Source of the DNA: Thermodesulfobacteriota bacterium
GTDB taxonomy: Bacteria > Desulfobacterota > Desulfobacteria > Desulfobacterales > C00003060
Direction: 5' to 3'
Assembly (NCBI GenBank): GCA_034189385.1
Contig: JAXHVD010000017.1
Coordinates: 36,084-100,083 of the forward strand
DNA: 64,000 bases
The number at the start of each line of letters is the position of its first letter. Positions within the stretch are counted from its first letter, which is position 1. The notes below the pieces were generated by a model, which ran no database searches, was not told where the DNA came from, and saw nothing but the letters and a program-made list of their open reading frames with translations. Shown here in pieces: positions 55,937 through 64,000 of the stretch. Both the position numbers and the translations under genes were made by a program.

Positions 55937-58606
55937 ATGCGAAAACATGCCAGTGTTTTGGCAAAAATAATGTTGCAGGCCCTTCTCATGGTGCTTGTTC
56001 TATCGGGCACACACGCCTTTTCCGGTGAGCTGAGCCTGAGATGGAACCCTAACCTGGAATCGGACATTGCCGGTTACAAACTCCACTACGGCACTGCGAG
56101 CTGGGATTACGAATTTGCCGTGGATGTGGGAAACGAGACAAGCTACACGCTTTCAGGCCTCCAAAGCGGAATGGTCTATTATTGTGCGGCAAGCGCCTAT
56201 GATACGCAGGGAAACGAAAGTGACCTGTCTGAAGAAGTGGTTCACGTGGTGGCTTCTGATGAGGCAACGGTCTATGAAGATGCCGAAGATGGGAAGGTTG
56301 ACGGGTGGTATGTGTACGATAATAGCCCTGTGGGTATGGAGATCACCAATGTGTTTGATGAAGAACGGCAGAGTCGGGTGATTCAGTTGTCAGGTTCCGG
56401 CCAGACCAATGGTGCCTCTTTGAGAAATCGTGATTTTACCCTGTGGCAGAATGCAGGACAGTTTGTGATACAGTGGAGCATGAAGTATGCTGAATCCTTC
56501 ACCATCTATATTGACGTTGAGACCACTGCGGGTCATCGATACATGTATTACACTCCGGTTGACCACGACGGACTGGGGCAGGGTGAGTATGTCCATCACG
56601 GACTGGGAACCAATGTGATCGACGGACGATGGCGCACCTTTGTTAGAGAGCTTCAGGCAGATCTTCGAGATGCCCAGCCTGGGGTAAGTATCATAGAAGT
56701 GAACGGTTTTTTGATCCGAGGCAGCGGACGTGTGGATGATATCAAACTGCTTGATGCCATGCCTTCCTCAACGGTCTATGAAGATGCTGAGGATGGGACG
56801 GTTGACGGGTGGTATGTGTACGATAATACCCCTAAGGGCATGGAGATAACCAATGTGTTTGACGAGGAACGGCAGAGCCGCGTGATCGAGTTCTCAGGCG
56901 CTGGCCAAGACAACTGTGGTAGTTTAAGAAATGCTGATCTTAGCAAGTGGCGCAATGACCATCAGTTTGTGATCCAGTGGAGCCTCAGCTATACTGAATA
57001 TTTTACCGTGTACCTTGACGTTGAGACCACTGCGGGTCATCGATACGTCTACTACACTGCCCATGACCACGACGGACTGGGGCAGGGTGAGTATGTCCAT
57101 CACGGACTGGGGACCAATGTGATTGACGGACGATGGCGCACCTTTGTTAGGGACCTTCGGGCAGATCTTCGAGACGCCCAGCCTGGGGTAAGTATCATAG
57201 AAGTGAACGGTTTTTTGATCCGAGGCAGCGGACGTGTGGATGATATCAAACTGCTTGATGCCATGCCTTCCTCAACGGTCTATGAAGATGCCGAGGACGG
57301 GACGGTTGACGGGTGGTATGTGTACGATAATACCCCTGAGGGCATGGAGATAACCAATGTGTTTGACGAGGAACGGCAGAGTCGGGTGATTCAGTTGACA
57401 GGAGCGGGGCGGAGTAACGGTGGTTGTTTGAGAAATCCCAATTTCAGCGTGTGGCAGAATACTGGCCAGTTTGTGATACAATGGAGCATGAAGTATGCTG
57501 AATCCTTCACCATCTATATTGACGTTGAGACCACTGCAGGTCATCGATACATGTATTACACTCCGGTTGACTCCGACGGATTGGGAGGCGGTGGATATGT
57601 CCATCATGGACTGGGAAGCCATGTGACTGACGGACAATGGCGCACCTTTGTAAGGGACCTTGAGGCAGATCTTGCCGATGCCCAGCCTGAGGTGACCATT
57701 CTGGAAGTAAACGGCTTTCTGATCCGAGGCAGTGGGCGGTTGGATGACATCATGCTTCATGATCAGATGCCATTGGATGGGGATGAAGACGGCATTGATG
57801 ATGCGTTAGAAACAGCGGGCTACGGCACGGATCCAACCCTGATGGATACAGATGGAGATGGTATAAACGATGGCAATGAACTAGCCTTTTGGCAGGGGGT
57901 CTGGGGTACAGACTATGATGCTGATGGTGTGGTGAATCTTTTGGATGGAGATTCAGACGGGGACGGGTATCTGGATGGTGAAGAGATCGCAGCTGGCTCT
58001 GATCCGGCAGATCCTTATTCTGTGCCGCCAGGGGCAAGCTGGACAGACTATCGGGTGATGTTTACCATGGGCTCTAATGATAATGATGCTGTGGGGCTGA
58101 TGTTTCGGTTTCAGGATGCGGACAACTACTACCGTTTTTCCTGGGACAACCAGCGTGATTACCGCCGTCTGGTGAAGTGTGAAAATGGGGTCTTTACCCT
58201 GCTTGCAGAGGATAGTGTAGGGTACGTCACAGGAGAGACCTACGAGATAGAAGTTGTTGCAGAGGGGACCACTCTGGAAGTCTTTGTCGATGATGAATTG
58301 GTCTTCTCGGTGACGGACCAGACTTTTACCGGCGGGACCATTGGGCTTTACTCCTGGGGGAACCGGGGAAGTCTCTTTGACAATGTGCTGGTGGAGGACC
58401 TTTCCACGGATGTGGTCGTGCTGTGGGAGGATTTTGGGGATGGTGACTACAGTGGCTGGAGTGTTGTAGATGAGGGTACTATTAGTGGGCCGTCAGCATG
58501 GTCGGCCGAAAGTGGGACTCTGGTGCAAAGCGCCAATATCTATTCCGGGCCGACTGACCGCGCCGATTTGAGCAAGTTGGGCACATTTGTCGTCTACGAC
58601 GGCTAG
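55937..58606 (+). CDS. Secreted multidomain protein: FN3, three 168-aa CBM-like repeats, Ca-binding DxDxDG repeats, lectin/DUF1080-like domain
   Basis: Signal peptide, FN3 'LRWNPN...GYKLHYG...AYD..GNES', 3x 'TVYEDAEDG', 'DTDGDGINDG.E', 'WTDYR...DNYYRF'. ORF track starts at 55826. Confidence 0.8.
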   Translation: MRKHASVLAKIMLQALLMVLVLSGTHAFSGELSLRWNPNLESDIAGYKLHYGTASWDYEFAVDVGNETSYTLSGLQSGMVYYCAASAYDTQGNESDLSEEVVHVVASDEATVYEDAEDGKVDGWYVYDNSPVGMEITNVFDEERQSRVIQLSGSGQTNGASLRNRDFTLWQNAGQFVIQWSMKYAESFTIYIDVETTAGHRYMYYTPVDHDGLGQGEYVHHGLGTNVIDGRWRTFVRELQADLRDAQPGVSIIEVNGFLIRGSGRVDDIKLLDAMPSSTVYEDAEDGTVDGWYVYDNTPKGMEITNVFDEERQSRVIEFSGAGQDNCGSLRNADLSKWRNDHQFVIQWSLSYTEYFTVYLDVETTAGHRYVYYTAHDHDGLGQGEYVHHGLGTNVIDGRWRTFVRDLRADLRDAQPGVSIIEVNGFLIRGSGRVDDIKLLDAMPSSTVYEDAEDGTVDGWYVYDNTPEGMEITNVFDEERQSRVIQLTGAGRSNGGCLRNPNFSVWQNTGQFVIQWSMKYAESFTIYIDVETTAGHRYMYYTPVDSDGLGGGGYVHHGLGSHVTDGQWRTFVRDLEADLADAQPEVTILEVNGFLIRGSGRLDDIMLHDQMPLDGDEDGIDDALETAGYGTDPTLMDTDGDGINDGNELAFWQGVWGTDYDADGVVNLLDGDSDGDGYLDGEEIAAGSDPADPYSVPPGASWTDYRVMFTMGSNDNDAVGLMFRFQDADNYYRFSWDNQRDYRRLVKCENGVFTLLAEDSVGYVTGETYEIEVVAEGTTLEVFVDDELVFSVTDQTFTGGTIGLYSWGNRGSLFDNVLVEDLSTDVVVLWEDFGDGDYSGWSVVDEGTISGPSAWSAESGTLVQSANIYSGPTDRADLSKLGTFVVYDG

Positions 58607-58683
58607 CTATTAAGCTGTTAAGCTATTAAGCTGTTGAGCTGATGAGCATTCTAGCTGATAAGCTGTTAAGCTGGTGAGTAGCT
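58601..58683 (+). repeat. AGCT array 10, spanning from the upstream stop to the four-helix-bundle ATG
   Basis: Read directly. Confidence 0.93.
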
Positions 58684-59052
58684 ATGAATGGGGAGCGGCT
58701 GTTTAGTTTTCAGGATTTGAAGGTGTGGCAGAAGTCCGTCTCCTTTGCCGAAGAAGTCATTCGAACTATTGATGAACTTGACACGCCGCGTAAACACTAT
58801 CGTCTGGTAGAGCAGCTTGAAGCAGCCGCCACGAGCGTGTCCATGAACATTGCCGAAGGGAAAGGCCGCCAATCCACGAAAGAGTTCATCCAGTTTCTTT
58901 ACATAGCCAGAGGCTCTTTATTTGAAGTCGTAACCCTTCTGATCATTCTGGAAAGAGTCGGGTGGATGGCGCAGAAGAAGGTCGGAATGCTTCAAGGGCT
59001 GGCCGAAGAGATTGCCAAGATGATTAATGCCCTGGTGAAGTCGATGAGATAA
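58684..59052 (+). CDS. Four-helix-bundle protein (23S rRNA IVP / bAvd-like family)
   Basis: 'FQDLKVWQKS', 'QL..AA.SVSMNIAEG.GR', 'FLYIARGSLFE'. Confidence 0.93.
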   Translation: MNGERLFSFQDLKVWQKSVSFAEEVIRTIDELDTPRKHYRLVEQLEAAATSVSMNIAEGKGRQSTKEFIQFLYIARGSLFEVVTLLIILERVGWMAQKKVGMLQGLAEEIAKMINALVKSMR

Positions 59053-59053
59053 A

Positions 59054-59175
59054 TTAGCTGGTAAGCTGTTGAGCTGGTAAGCTAATGAGCTAGTGAGCTG
59101 ATCAGCTAATGAGCTGGCCCGCCCAGCCAGCCGGCGGACAAGCCCGCCAAGCATACCGGCGGATAAATGAGCTGT
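59054..59175 (+). repeat. AGCT array 11 with two 25-bp units
   Basis: Read directly. Confidence 0.92.
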
Positions 59176-59308
59176 CCAGCAGGGTTTTGGCATCCTTCCA
59201 AAGGCTTGAGCACTTCCTGATATTTTGATATAAACCCACCGTCTATTTGGTTTCACCGAAAAGACGCCGAGCACGGAAAGCTGACCACCCAACTGCGGCA
59301 AAGGGGTC

Positions 59309-59432
59309 TGTTTCTGTTCGCCACAGGCGATAGCTTTCTTATGTTTTCCGGCGTCTCAGCGGAAAACATAAAGTAGGACTGGCTCTGCGAACTCTGCGGC
59401 TCTGCGGTGAATATGCCCTTCTTCTTGCCGTA
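59309..59432 (-). repeat. Inverted copy of the 55343-55694 hairpin unit
   Basis: 59361-59432 is the reverse complement of 55623-55694 with one mismatch. 59309-59372 matches 55384-55446 in reverse. Confidence 0.9.
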
Positions 59433-59464
59433 TGAGTATTTAGAACTCCAGGGAATTTTTGCTA

Positions 59465-60931
59465 ATGGGTGTGGCAACTGTGGATGAGATTATCCGGAAG
59501 GGGCTGCTGGTTGTTTTAGGTTTTTCGGTGGTCTTTTTTGGAGCGGTCCATACATGGGCGTACACCTGTGTGCAGCTTTTCCTCGTTTGCCTGGCCCTGT
59601 TTTTTGTTCTTGTTCGTGTGCGGGCCTGGCGCCGGGAGGGCAGGGGTGAGATCTCCTGGATTGTCACACCTGTGAATCTGGCTGCCCTTGTTTTCCTGGT
59701 TGTGGTGATTCTTCAAATCATCCCTTTGCCTGGAAGCCTTGTGGGGGTGCTTAGCCCGAACACAGCGGCTGTGACCAAGATGTCAGAAGGCGTTGTCACC
59801 GGGCCTGCCTCCAGTTATCATTTCAGCCTCTACCGCTACGCCACCGTCCAAAGCCTGATGATGGTGCTGGCCATCCTCTATTTCTACTTTCTGTTGCTCT
59901 ATTCCATCAAAGGGCGATCGCAATTAAAATCCTCTGTCAAGTGGGTCCTCTATCTTGGATTGGCTGTTTGCATCTACGGGCTCTTCGAGAAACTGAGCGG
60001 CCACGGCCACATCCTGTGGTGGCGGCACCAAACCCAACATGGATTCAGGGTCTTTGGAACATTTATTAATCCGAACCACTTTGCCTTTTTTCTGAACCTC
60101 ATCCTCTGCCTGCTCTTCGGGCATCTATACGCATTGATGGGACGAAGAGAGAGAAACAGATACGACAGGGCAAGGGGCCTGTTTCGTGCTTTTATGGAAA
60201 ATGAGCCGGGTACCCATGAGATCGTCTTTCTTTCTTTCTGCTTTGGCGTGATGGTGGTCACGGTCATCATGACAGGTTCAAGGGCGGCTGTTTTTTCCCT
60301 GGCCCTATCCATGTGTGTCATTCTGATACTCCTTTTTGTGAAGACGAGAAAGAGAAGCCTCTTTTTTCTCATAGGGGCCCTCTTTCTCATTGTCCTGGTC
60401 TGCGGGCAGCGGATCGGCATTGAAAAAACGATCAATCGCTTTGAAGCGCTTTCCAAGGAGGGGATCTTCCAACAAGAGCGGATGGTGCACAACCGGGCGG
60501 TATTTCCTATCATCAAAGAATACCCTCTCTTGGGGACAGGGTTGGGCACCTTTGAACATGTCTATCCCCGCTACCAACCGGCCCAGGCCCGGGGGTATCG
60601 TAGAGAACTGCACAACGACTGGTTGCAGTTGTTGGTGGAAACGGGGGGCGTGGGTTTTCTAACGGTCCTCGTGGGCTTCATCGCCCTGATGAAGCGCTTT
60701 TTGGGGTTGTGGTGGAAAAGGAGAGATCCCTTTGCCGTAGGTGTGGGTATGGGATGTATCGGCGGCCTTGTGGCCGCTGCTGTCCACAGCCTCTTTGACT
60801 TTAGCCTGCACATACCGGCCAATGCCTTGACTCTGGCCACTGTGGTGGCCATGGGCTTTTTGGCGCTCCACAGCAAGAAGCATAGCCATCGGACGCCCTT
60901 TACTTACCCGGTGAAGAAATTAGTTAGCTAG
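59465..60931 (+). CDS. Second O-antigen ligase (Wzy_C) family protein, without TPR tail
   Basis: 'GTFINPNHFA', 'TGSRA', 'GTGLGTF', 'LHNDW', 'HSLFDFSLHIPAN'. The stop falls inside AGCT array 12. Confidence 0.9.
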   Translation: MGVATVDEIIRKGLLVVLGFSVVFFGAVHTWAYTCVQLFLVCLALFFVLVRVRAWRREGRGEISWIVTPVNLAALVFLVVVILQIIPLPGSLVGVLSPNTAAVTKMSEGVVTGPASSYHFSLYRYATVQSLMMVLAILYFYFLLLYSIKGRSQLKSSVKWVLYLGLAVCIYGLFEKLSGHGHILWWRHQTQHGFRVFGTFINPNHFAFFLNLILCLLFGHLYALMGRRERNRYDRARGLFRAFMENEPGTHEIVFLSFCFGVMVVTVIMTGSRAAVFSLALSMCVILILLFVKTRKRSLFFLIGALFLIVLVCGQRIGIEKTINRFEALSKEGIFQQERMVHNRAVFPIIKEYPLLGTGLGTFEHVYPRYQPAQARGYRRELHNDWLQLLVETGGVGFLTVLVGFIALMKRFLGLWWKRRDPFAVGVGMGCIGGLVAAAVHSLFDFSLHIPANALTLATVVAMGFLALHSKKHSHRTPFTYPVKKLVS

Positions 60932-61133
60932 TTAGCTAGTTAGCTGGTGAGCTGTTAAGCTAGTTAGCTGGTAAGCTGGTGAGCTGGTAAGCTGGTAAGC
61001 TGGTCCGCCCAGCAAACCGGCGGATAAATGAGCTGGTGAGCTGTTAAGCTGATAAGTTGATAGCTGTTGAGCTCTTTAGCTGATAAGCTATTGAGCTATT
61101 GAGCTATTGAGCTAATGAGCTGGTGAGCTGTTG
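60921..61133 (+). repeat. AGCT array 12 with one 25-bp unit, followed by TGAACGG-type heptamers (61132-61178)
   Basis: Read directly. Confidence 0.93.
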
Positions 61134-61189
61134 AACGGAAAACGATAAGCGGACAACAGTGAACGGACAACCAACAACAGGAGTCTAAC

Positions 61190-61843
61190 ATGAAAAATCC
61201 CATTGGCCGCTATTGGAGGGTCCGCCTAACGGATGTGAAGAAGCAGTTGGAGGCCAACAACTTTGAGGCCTTTGTGGCAGAAAACGCCGCCAAGGCAAGG
61301 CAAATTGTCCTGCAAGAGATCCTTCCCAAGATCAGGGCAAAGAGTGTCTCCTGGGGCGGGTCGTTGACCTTTGTCTCCTCCGGGCTCTATGATGTGCTAA
61401 AGGACGATAGGAAAATGAAAGTCCTGGACGTCTTCGACAAGGAGCGGCCCCGTAAAGAAACGGCCGAACTGCGGAGACAGGCCCTTTTGGTGGATCTCTT
61501 TGTTACCGGCACCAATGCCGTCACAGAGACCGGCAAACTCGTCAACCTGGATATGTACGGAAACCGCGTGGCAGCCATCACCTTTGGTCCCAAATATGTA
61601 ATCATCCTCGTGGGCCGGAATAAGATCGTGGGCGATATTGAGGAGGCCATGGTGCGGATCAAAGACTATGCAGCCCCTGTCAATGCCATGCGCCTGGACA
61701 AAAAGACGCCATGTGTTAAGACGTCTTACTGCGAAGACTGCCGGAGCCCGGACCGCATCTGCAACACCTGGACCATTACAGAGAAGTCCTTTCCCAAGGG
61801 GCGGATAAAGGTGGTGTTGATCAATAAGGACATGGGGTTTTGA
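61190..61843 (+). CDS. LUD-domain (lactate-utilisation/YkgG-like) protein
   Basis: 'SWGGS.T', 'TGTNAVT..G.LVNLD..GNRVAA..FGP', 'GRNKIV', 'PCVKTSYC.DC.SP.RICN'. Confidence 0.88.
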   Translation: MKNPIGRYWRVRLTDVKKQLEANNFEAFVAENAAKARQIVLQEILPKIRAKSVSWGGSLTFVSSGLYDVLKDDRKMKVLDVFDKERPRKETAELRRQALLVDLFVTGTNAVTETGKLVNLDMYGNRVAAITFGPKYVIILVGRNKIVGDIEEAMVRIKDYAAPVNAMRLDKKTPCVKTSYCEDCRSPDRICNTWTITEKSFPKGRIKVVLINKDMGF

Positions 61844-61889
61844 AAAAAGAGAGGGTTCAAGGGGTCAAGGGCTCGAGGGGTTGAGTGAA

Positions 61890-62363
61890 GTGCTGAAGAA
61901 TTATAAAGAGCTGAAAGTCTGGCAAAGGTCCTATCAGCTATGTTTGCAGACTTACGGAATAACAAAAGAATTTCCTGAAGACGAGAGATACGGCCTGTCA
62001 TCGCAAATGAGAAGGGCCGCAGTTTCTGTTCCCAGCAACATAGCGGAAGGATATGGAAGAAAAACGACACAGGACTATATTCGGTTTCTGCACATAGCCT
62101 ATGGTTCGAACTGTGAATTAGAGACACAGATATTGCTTGGCGGCGACCTGGGGTATATCGAAGCTCCTAAACTGGAGATACTCCGGCAGGGAATAGGAGA
62201 GGTCGAGAGGATGCTTAAAGCACTCATAAGGTCGCTGGAGAGAAAGCACTCGACCCCTTGGGCCCCTTGCATCTTTTTAAGGCGAAAGCCGCAATCCTGG
62301 AACCCTTTTCTTCAACTGAGTTGGAGAAAAATCTGCATTAAGAACAAAGGAATTTCGCAATGA
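61890..62363 (+). CDS. Second four-helix-bundle protein; C-terminus reads through the flanking repeat
   Basis: 'LKNYKELKVWQ', 'FP..E.YGL.SQMRRAAVSVPSNIAEGYGR', 'IAYGSNCELETQ'. Confidence 0.92.
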   Translation: MLKNYKELKVWQRSYQLCLQTYGITKEFPEDERYGLSSQMRRAAVSVPSNIAEGYGRKTTQDYIRFLHIAYGSNCELETQILLGGDLGYIEAPKLEILRQGIGEVERMLKALIRSLERKHSTPWAPCIFLRRKPQSWNPFLQLSWRKICIKNKGISQ

Positions 62364-62857
62364 GAAGAACTTGTACAAAGGTCTTGAGGATTTGTGGTGT
62401 GTGGATGGGTGTCTGCCTGTTGTTGCTGGCCTGCTCTCATTCTGACTCGTCCTTGCCCTTTGATCCGAACATCAAGGACATGGAGATGGTTCAGTGGATC
62501 ACAGGAGAGGAGGCCCAAAAGGCCATCGACAGACTCCATGGAATGTCTATCGACGTGGTCAGGGGCTTCATCGCCCATTACAAGGGCGCTTACGGCAAGG
62601 CCACCATATGGGTATCGGAAGCGACCACGGAAGACCTGGCCAGCGAACAGATTGACGTGATGATCGACAAGATGAAAAAGAGCAAACGCTCGCCCTTCAG
62701 TAACTATCGCCAATGGAATAAAGAGGGCTTGAACGTCATTGCATTTGATGGTATGGGCCAGGTTCATTATGTGTTTAAAGATAAGACCTGGGTCTATTGG
62801 GTGAGCGCAGATGGAAGGGGCATAGATACGATTCTAGAGCATATTCAAGATGGCTAG
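62360..62857 (+). CDS. Putative lipoprotein of unknown function
   Basis: Lipobox LLAC; ATGA overlap with the upstream gene. Confidence 0.7.
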   Translation: MRRTCTKVLRICGVWMGVCLLLLACSHSDSSLPFDPNIKDMEMVQWITGEEAQKAIDRLHGMSIDVVRGFIAHYKGAYGKATIWVSEATTEDLASEQIDVMIDKMKKSKRSPFSNYRQWNKEGLNVIAFDGMGQVHYVFKDKTWVYWVSADGRGIDTILEHIQDG

Positions 62858-63815
62858 TGGGAGGTTTGAGGAGAAATTTATGAGAATGCCTAAAGTGCTG
62901 GTTACAGGAGGGGCGGGTTTTCTGGGCAGTCATCTGTGTGACAGATTGCTGGCTGAAGGGAAAGAGGTGCTGTGCCTGGACAATTTCTTCACAGGATCGA
63001 AAAACAACATTTTCCATTTAATGGATGATCGGCGTTTTGAACTGGTCCGACACGACCTGGTGCAGCCCATCTTTCTGGAGGTGGATCAGATTTTCAACCT
63101 GGCTTGTCCTGCGTCACCGGTCCATTATCAGTACAACCCTGTAAAGACGGTCAAGACGAACGTCATGGGAACGATTAACATGTTGGGGCTGGCCAAACGG
63201 GTCGACGCCCGGATCTTGCAGGCCTCCACATCTGAGGTCTATGGCAACCCGAAGGAACATCCTCAGAAGGAAAGCTATTGGGGACATGTGAACCCCATTG
63301 GCCTGCGCAGTTGCTATGACGAAGGAAAAAGGGTGGCCGAGACATTGATGATGGACTACCATCGCCAGAACAGAGTAGACATTAGAATTGTCCGCATCTT
63401 TAATACCTACGGTCCAAGAATGGCCGTTTCCGACGGCAGGGTGGTGAGCAATTTCATCGTCCAGGCCCTGAAGAATGAACCGCTTACGGTATACGGAGAC
63501 GGAAGTCACACCCGCGCCTTTTGCTATGTCTCCGATATGATCGACGGGTGCATGAAGATGATGGCGTGCGATGATTTTGTGGGGCCTGTAAATCTGGGAA
63601 ATCCGAATGAGTTTTCCATTCGAGAGCTCGCTGAGTTGGTGCTCGAGATCACCGGGTCCAAGTCGCCCATCGTAACCAAGCCCTTGCCAGAGGATGATCC
63701 TGTTCAGCGACGTCCCCATATCGCACTGGCCAAGGAAAAACTGGACTGGGAACCCCGGGTGAGTCTGAGGGAGGGGTTGGAAAAGACCATCGACTATTTT
63801 AGTCAGATGATATGA
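62850..63815 (+). CDS. uxs: UDP-glucuronate decarboxylase (UDP-xylose synthase), SDR family
   Basis: '[11 protein letters not shown]', '[11 protein letters not shown]', 'STSEVYG', 'YDEGKR', 'RIFNTYGP'. Start may be 62880 or 62886. Confidence 0.93.
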   Translation: MASGRFEEKFMRMPKVLVTGGAGFLGSHLCDRLLAEGKEVLCLDNFFTGSKNNIFHLMDDRRFELVRHDLVQPIFLEVDQIFNLACPASPVHYQYNPVKTVKTNVMGTINMLGLAKRVDARILQASTSEVYGNPKEHPQKESYWGHVNPIGLRSCYDEGKRVAETLMMDYHRQNRVDIRIVRIFNTYGPRMAVSDGRVVSNFIVQALKNEPLTVYGDGSHTRAFCYVSDMIDGCMKMMACDDFVGPVNLGNPNEFSIRELAELVLEITGSKSPIVTKPLPEDDPVQRRPHIALAKEKLDWEPRVSLREGLEKTIDYFSQMI

Positions 63816-63883
63816 GTGAGTTGGCGATTTAGCTGATGAGGTGATGAGCTGATGAGCTGGTCCGCCCAGTAAGCCGGCGGATA
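63813..63883 (+). repeat. AGCT array 13 ending in an interrupted 25-bp unit
   Basis: AGCTGATG units, then AGCTGGT-CCGCCCAGTAAGCCGGCGGA-TA followed by unrelated sequence. Confidence 0.88.
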
Positions 63884-64000
63884 TTAACCCGGCAAGAAAA
63901 TAGATGAGTTGTTTGTGATAATATGTTATAGAGTCGTGCATGAAAAAGACAGATGCACGCAAACTTTCTACTGAGGCCCAACAGCAACTGCGCCACCAAG
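63884..64000 (+). mobile_element. Left end of an IS630-family element with transposase start at 63940 (partial)
   Basis: TA|TTAACCCGGC end and ORF start MKKTDARKLSTEAQQQLRHQ, which resembles IS630 transposase N-termini. Only 20 codons are visible. Confidence 0.65.

Noticed and set aside
56267..59052. Diversity-generating retroelement (Avd-like gene next to repeats)
   Set aside because: No reverse transcriptase is visible. The repeats are in-frame coding domains and their differences are not evidently adenine-specific.
48487..61133. Classical integron with attC sites
   Set aside because: No tyrosine recombinase in the window and no RYYYAAC...GTTRRRY attC architecture recognised in the arrays.
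48500..63883. 25-bp tandem units or AGCT arrays as a CRISPR array
   Set aside because: Units are directly adjacent with no unique 25-45 bp spacers, and no cas genes are visible.
7360..63962. Long antisense ORFs (e.g. 7360..8127, 12861..13601, 21232..21960, 63114..63962)
   Set aside because: Shadow frames opposite well-supported genes, with no recognisable motifs.

Overview
Bacterial chromosomal window; gene content and style suggest Desulfobacterota/deltaproteobacteria (inference). About 1-8.5 kb is housekeeping: a partial DUF2786-like gene, a basic wHTH protein, ihfB, tRNA-Phe(GAA), rsmE, an acidic PopZ/RomR-like protein and valS, interleaved with several MITE/REP-like palindromic repeats. 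About 8.5-64 kb is one large Wzx/Wzy-type surface-polysaccharide locus. It has two paralogous export modules, each ordered: Ala-rich secreted protein ending in (V/A)SP-x, outer-membrane beta-barrel, short OPX, Wzc/PCP. It also carries two O-antigen-ligase-family genes, an AT-richer block of glycosyltransferases and modifying enzymes, pglC/E/F-like genes, three toxin-antitoxin pairs, an AAA ATPase, a multi-repeat secreted protein, two four-helix-bundle genes, a UDP-GlcA decarboxylase and the start of an IS630-like element. The most unusual signal is 13 degenerate 8-bp tandem arrays (AGCT-R-D-T-D), most carrying a nested 25-bp hairpin unit. They sit at gene boundaries and divide the right third of the locus into cassette-like units. 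Related 7-8-bp repeat types flank the four-helix-bundle genes and occur as in-frame insertions in an aminotransferase. A second candidate system is the pair of SP-tail secreted proteins linked to the barrel/OPX exporters. All family assignments come from motif recognition by eye; no database searches were run.
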